Assembly (NCBI GenBank): GCA_046759165.1
Contig: JBHIBS010000040.1
Span: forward strand, 1 to 12,851
Length of the DNA: 12,851 nucleotides
Direction: 5' to 3'
Source of the DNA: a bacterium
Lineage (GTDB): Bacteria > UBA6262 > WVXT01
This document shows, piece by piece, positions 8,494 through 12,851 of this stretch. The notes beneath the pieces are model-generated. The model was not told where the DNA came from, made no database searches, and saw only the letters and a program-made list of their open reading frames with translations. The number at the start of each line of letters is the position of its first letter. The first letter of the stretch is position 1. The translations under genes and the position numbers were made by a program.

Positions 8494-8584
8494 GTCATTG
8501 CGAGTCCCAATAAGTCGGGACTTCACTTCGTTCGCAATGCCGCTTTGGGAGGACTCCATCGCCGGATTTGACCCGGGATTCCAG
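8494..8584. repeat. Intergenic REP-like palindromes
   Basis: CATTGCGA (8496-8503) pairs with TCGCAATG (8532-8539), with inner stem AGTCCC/GGGACT (8503-8508/8517-8522). A second element, CATCGCCGGATTTGACCCGGGATTCCAG (8557-8584), has a CCGG...CCGG stem. Confidence 0.65.
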
Positions 8585-8587
8585 CAT

Positions 8588-9238
8588 TCAAGAGGGAAAC
8601 TTTCCGAGGAGACTTTCACCCCCAACCACTCTATCTCCCTTCTTCACTTTAGCCTGTACCTGTTGAGGGAGATAGACATCTACCCGTGAGCCAAACCTTA
8701 TCATTCCGATTCTCTGTCCGGCAAGTAGATTGTCTCCCTCCTTACACCAGCAGCATATTCGGCGAGCAACCTTGCCTGCTATTTGCTTTACCAGAATTCT
8801 CTCTCTATTAGAATTTGGCTTGTTGCTCTTTTGAATACCAATGAGATTACTCTCGTTTCGCCCAGAAGCCTCTTCTGTATGAGCAGCTATGAACTTGCCA
8901 GATTTATACTTAATCCATTCTACCTCTCCCTTTATGGGGGACCTTTGAACGTGGACGTTAAATATCGACATAAAAATTCTAACTACCTTCACTCGACAGT
9001 GTAAAAAATTTTGTTCTCCAACTTCAGAGATATCTATTACCTTCCCGTCCGCTGGTGATAGGATTAAGTCTTCTCTTTCCGGAACTTTCCTTTCCGGATC
9101 GCGGAAGAAAAAGAGAGTGAGTGAGGCCAAACATAATAGAAAGAGACTACCAATTTTCCAGAAAAAGAAGAGAACCACAGCTAATAGTAAAGGAGGAAGA
9201 ACAAATTTCCAACCGTCTTTAACAATCCCCATCTGCAA
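8588..9238 (-). CDS. psd: Phosphatidylserine decarboxylase proenzyme (short type)
   Basis: FFFRDPER, SPADGKV, IFMSIFNVHVQRSP, QIAG, and the RFGSRVD self-cleavage motif. Start could be TTG 9238 or ATG 9232. Confidence 0.93.
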   Translation of the reverse strand: MQMGIVKDGWKFVLPPLLLAVVLFFFWKIGSLFLLCLASLTLFFFRDPERKVPEREDLILSPADGKVIDISEVGEQNFLHCRVKVVRIFMSIFNVHVQRSPIKGEVEWIKYKSGKFIAAHTEEASGRNESNLIGIQKSNKPNSNRERILVKQIAGKVARRICCWCKEGDNLLAGQRIGMIRFGSRVDVYLPQQVQAKVKKGDRVVGGESLLGKFPS

Positions 9239-9239
9239 T

Positions 9240-10235
9240 TTACCTCTTCTTTAACCAGGGCATCATTTTCCGCAATCTTGCTCCCACAATTTCAATGGGA
9301 TGCTCCGTCCATTCTCTCCGTCCCCTATTAAATACAGGACGGCCGATTCGGTTCTCCAGGAGCCATTCCCGAGCGAACTCACCGGAACGGACCTCAACCA
9401 GAATTTTCTTCATTTCTCGCCTGGTCTTTCCGGTAATAATCCTCTTACCACGAGTATATTCGCCATACTCAGCTGTATCTGAAATGGAATAGTTCATCCA
9501 GCCAATACCACCTTCCTGAATCATATCAATAATTAGTTTCATCTCATGTAGGCACTCAAAATAGGCAATCTCAGGTTGATAACCAGCATCCACCAGAGTT
9601 TCGAACCCAGCCCTGATTAACTCCACGAGCCCACCGCAGAGAACCACCTGCTCTCCAAAGAGGTCAGTTTCGGTCTCTTCAGCGAAAGTGGTCTCAATTA
9701 CTCCAGCACGGGTTCCGCCTATACCCTTAGAATAGGCTAGCGCCAACTCCTTTGCCTTACCAGAAGTATCTTGAAAAACTCCAATTAGGTTAGGAGTACC
9801 TCTTCCCTCTTGATACATCCTCCTGACCAGATGCCCGGGTCCTTTGGGAGCAACTAAGATTACATCCACATCCTCAGGTGGAATAATCTGGTAAAAGTGG
9901 ATGTTGAAACCATGAGAAAAGCCCAAGACCGCACCCTTTTTTAATTTATTAGCAATCTCATTTTTGTAAACGACGGACTGGACATCATCGGGAACCAGCA
10001 TCTGAACCCAGTCAGCATTTTCGGTCGCTTCGCCTGCAGAAACTGGCTTCCAGCCATCTTCAACTCCCCTTTTCCAATTCTCAGTTCCCTCGAGTTCAGC
10101 CACCACCACGTCTAACCCACTATCTCGCAAATTCTGACTCTGGGCATGCCCTTGGCTTCCATAACCAATGATTGCAATCTTCTTTCCTTTCAAAAGCTCC
10201 AAATCTGCATCTTTATCATAGTATACCTTTACCAT
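9240..10235 (-). CDS. ilvC: Ketol-acid reductoisomerase (class I)
   Basis: [65 protein letters not shown] ribosome-binding site upstream. Confidence 0.97.
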   Translation of the reverse strand: MVKVYYDKDADLELLKGKKIAIIGYGSQGHAQSQNLRDSGLDVVVAELEGTENWKRGVEDGWKPVSAGEATENADWVQMLVPDDVQSVVYKNEIANKLKKGAVLGFSHGFNIHFYQIIPPEDVDVILVAPKGPGHLVRRMYQEGRGTPNLIGVFQDTSGKAKELALAYSKGIGGTRAGVIETTFAEETETDLFGEQVVLCGGLVELIRAGFETLVDAGYQPEIAYFECLHEMKLIIDMIQEGGIGWMNYSISDTAEYGEYTRGKRIITGKTRREMKKILVEVRSGEFAREWLLENRIGRPVFNRGRREWTEHPIEIVGARLRKMMPWLKKR

Positions 10236-10256
10236 AAAAATCCTCCTCTCAAATTT

Positions 10257-10288
10257 GTTGATAACATGATATGTTTATAAGTTGATAA
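10257..10288 (+). repeat. Tandem GTTGATAA-like octamer array (4 units)
   Basis: GTTGATAA CATGATAT GTTTATAA GTTGATAA; same unit as the arrays at 6002-6089. Confidence 0.85.
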
Positions 10289-10503
10289 GTATTTGTTTCT
10301 TCTCTTTTCTATTTCAGTTTGAAATAGCTGTGAAGAGCTTTTCGAATTTTAGCCAAAAAAGGGGAGGGCTATCTTCTTTCAAGCAAAGATCTGTTCCACG
10401 TCGCAATTGCGGGTGAGTTTATTTTTGCGCCCTGGAGAGTCCGAAGTTTTTTGGCGTTAAAAAATTCCTCAGCTCAGCAATGAACAAATTATCTTTCAAA
10501 TCC

Positions 10504-10977
10504 TTATCCCCTTCCCATTGCCACAATCCCCGTCCTGACCATCTCCTTTATCCCAAAGCGCTTAAGCATATTGACCAGGGCAAGTATTTTCTCTTCATCA
10601 CCTGTAATTTCTACAATCACAGAATTAGGAGCAACATCCACTATTTTTGCTCTGAAGATATCGACAATTTCCAGAACTTCTGACCGTTTCCCCTTTCCAG
10701 CATTTACCTTGATTAGAACTAGGTCTCTTTCCAGATGTGGTTGTTCTACAAAATCGGTAACTTTTATTACATCTATGAGTTTATTCAATTGCTTCATAAC
10801 CTGTTCTAAAATCCTCTCATCCCCTTTAACTACTATCGTCATTCGAGAGATATCAGGTTGCTCGGTTTCCCCTACTGCTAAACTATCAATGTTGAATCCA
10901 CGGCCACTAAAAAGGCTTGATATTCGCGCCAAGACTCCGGGCTTATTCTCCACTAAAACAGAAACCGTATGTCTCAT
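10504..10977 (-). CDS. ilvN: Acetolactate synthase small (regulatory) subunit
   Basis: [36 protein letters not shown] domain, [24 protein letters not shown]. Confidence 0.97.
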   Translation of the reverse strand: MRHTVSVLVENKPGVLARISSLFSGRGFNIDSLAVGETEQPDISRMTIVVKGDERILEQVMKQLNKLIDVIKVTDFVEQPHLERDLVLIKVNAGKGKRSEVLEIVDIFRAKIVDVAPNSVIVEITGDEEKILALVNMLKRFGIKEMVRTGIVAMGRG

Positions 10978-11004
10978 TGATTCCTCCTCCTTTGAAAACG
11001 GTAA

Positions 11005-12693
11005 CTATGCCAACCCACGGATTACTTCATCCAGCCTTGCGCCTGCCGGCACCATAGGAAAGACATTCTCTTCCCTTTCCACTAAGAAATCTAAAATCAC
11101 AGGTCCATCCACGGAAATTGCCTTTCTCAACGCATCTTCTACCTCATCCTTTTCACTTACTCTTATGCCAAAAGCTCCATATGCCTCGGCAATTTTCACA
11201 AAATCTGGATTAGATGATAGGTCTGTGGCTGAATATCTTTTCTTATAGAATAGCTGCTGCCACTGTCTAACCATGCCAAGATATCCGTTGTTTAAAATTG
11301 CAACTTTAACTCCTACCTTGTTATTGACAGCTGTTGCCATCTCCTGGATATTCATTTGAATGCTGCCATCCCCGGCTATATCAAAGACAATCTTTTCAGG
11401 CTTAGCTAATTTGGCGCCGATAGCTGCTGGAAAACCGAATCCCATTGTGCCCAATCCTCCGCTGGTAATAAAGTGGCGGGGGTAGTTGTATTTATAGAAC
11501 TGCTGGGCCCACATCTGGTTTTGCCCAACTTCTGTGACTATAATTGCCTTGCCCTTTGTTACTTCGTAAATCTTCTCCACTACATATTGCGGACGGAGTT
11601 TGCGGTCCTTCTTATAAGTCAGTGGATTCTCTTTTTTCCATTGAGAAATCTGTTTTTGCCATTTCTTTCTTTTCTCTATATTTTTGGGCCCCAATTTGCT
11701 AAGGAGTTTGTTCATCTCTCTCATAACGCTCTTTGCGTCGCCCACAATGGGAATATCTACTTTCACATTTTTGCTTATAGAAGTGGGATCGATGTCTATG
11801 TGAATTATCTTTGCCTTGGGAGCAAAAGCATCGAGTCTCCCTGTAATCCTATCGTCAAACCTTGCTCCAATAGCAATAATTAAGTCTGAATTCTGTATAG
11901 CATGATTTGCGAAATAAGTCCCGTGCATTCCCAACATGCCCAAAAAGAGTTCGGACTCTGTTGGAAAAGCGCCCATTGCCATCAACGTGAGAGTTACAGG
12001 GATCTGGGTAATTTTAGCCATTTCGTTCAGTTCTCCAGAAGCTCCTGAGATGATAATGCCGCCACCGGCATAGATAACCGGGCGCTCAGACTCTTTTATT
12101 AGGTCTACTGCTTTTTTTATCTGCTGCGGGTGTCCCTCATATTTAGGTTTAAAACTGCGAATGTTTACTTCTTTGGGATACACGAACTGACAGGAGGCTC
12201 TCTGGACATCTACCGGCAGGTCGATGAGCACAGGTCCAGGTCGTCCTGTTCGGGCGATGTGGAACGCTTCTTTAATAGTGCGGGCGAGCTCCTTAACGTC
12301 TGTGACCAGATAGTTATACTTTGTTATTGAGCGGGTAACTCCAGTGGTATCCGCCTCTTGAAATGCATCATTGCCCACCAGATTAGTAGGCACTTGGCCT
12401 GTAAATGCCACAACAGGAACTGAATCCATATTTGCTGTAGCCAAACCTGTGGTCAGATTGGTCGCTCCTGGACCCGAAGTGGCTATACAGACACCAACTT
12501 TGCCTGTTGCCCGGGCAAATCCATCAGCCATATGGGCTGCCCCCTGCTCATGACGCGCAAGAATAAATTTGAGCGCTGCCCCGTACAGAACATCAAAAGT
12601 CGGAAGCAACGCTCCTCCGGGTATCCCAAATATTATTTCCACCTTTTCTTTAATTAAACTCTCCGCAAAAATCTGTGCACCGGTAAGCCTCAC
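11005..12693 (-). CDS. ilvB: Acetolactate synthase large subunit, biosynthetic type
   Basis: FGIPGGA, RHEQGAAHMADG, TSGPGATN, DAFQE, GARFDDR, ThDP motif GDGSIQMN...NN, GMVRQWQ, VFPMVP; GTG start. Confidence 0.97.
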   Translation of the reverse strand: MRLTGAQIFAESLIKEKVEIIFGIPGGALLPTFDVLYGAALKFILARHEQGAAHMADGFARATGKVGVCIATSGPGATNLTTGLATANMDSVPVVAFTGQVPTNLVGNDAFQEADTTGVTRSITKYNYLVTDVKELARTIKEAFHIARTGRPGPVLIDLPVDVQRASCQFVYPKEVNIRSFKPKYEGHPQQIKKAVDLIKESERPVIYAGGGIIISGASGELNEMAKITQIPVTLTLMAMGAFPTESELFLGMLGMHGTYFANHAIQNSDLIIAIGARFDDRITGRLDAFAPKAKIIHIDIDPTSISKNVKVDIPIVGDAKSVMREMNKLLSKLGPKNIEKRKKWQKQISQWKKENPLTYKKDRKLRPQYVVEKIYEVTKGKAIIVTEVGQNQMWAQQFYKYNYPRHFITSGGLGTMGFGFPAAIGAKLAKPEKIVFDIAGDGSIQMNIQEMATAVNNKVGVKVAILNNGYLGMVRQWQQLFYKKRYSATDLSSNPDFVKIAEAYGAFGIRVSEKDEVEDALRKAISVDGPVILDFLVEREENVFPMVPAGARLDEVIRGLA

Positions 12694-12700
12694 AGTACCC

Positions 12701-12708
12701 CCTCCTTA
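12701..12708 (-). promoter_or_regulatory. Shine-Dalgarno sequence of ilvB (TAAGGAGG)
   Basis: Consensus TAAGGAGG, 7 nt upstream of the GTG at 12693. Confidence 0.9.
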
Positions 12709-12712
12709 TGTG

Positions 12713-12851
12713 AATCAGCCTGTGCTCAATAGGGGCAACCTCACAGGTTTCCCCTGATTGCGTTCGCTTCGCTCTCTGTTCCCCGGGGCGCTCACCATCT
12801 CGCGCCCGTCGCTAACACGGAGCTCCTTATTCGTCGCTCCAGCGACCCCTT
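12713..12851. other. Highly structured GC-rich region upstream of ilvB (palindromic repeat cluster or leader RNA)
   Basis: Hairpins at 12727-12760, 12786-12807 and 12808-12846, plus alternative pairings; truncated by window end. Confidence 0.6.

Noticed and set aside
232-12757. Numerous plus-strand ORFs of 60-225 aa (e.g. 626-1159, 2081-2413, 5609-6007, 10571-11248)
   Set aside because: All are antisense shadows of well-supported minus-strand genes and have no recognisable motifs.
12694-12851. T-box riboswitch or leader-peptide attenuator for ilv-leu
   Set aside because: No T-box GGTGGNACC motif, no U-tract terminator and no Leu/Ile/Val-rich mini-ORF in the visible part; could lie beyond the window.

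Overview
The window is a minus-strand housekeeping gene run from a bacterium: ilvB-ilvN-ilvC-psd-pssA-leuA-leuC-leuD-leuB-[Y1/HUH transposase]-asd-ecfT-truA (truA runs off the left edge). The main accessory element is a 734-bp unit (2347-3080) between leuB and asd. It carries a REP-associated-tyrosine-transposase-like (RAYT-like) gene bounded by a perfect 22-bp inverted repeat with no evident target-site duplication. The ATG and first 9 codons of asd lie inside this element, and the ATG overlaps the transposase stop. The spacers contain further repeats: GTTGATAA octamer arrays at two loci, a REP-like palindrome pair between psd and pssA, and a multi-hairpin region with alternative folds upstream of ilvB. 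Several enzymes appear to carry short in-frame loop insertions, one coinciding with a DNA hairpin. All calls come from reading motifs by eye; no searches were run.
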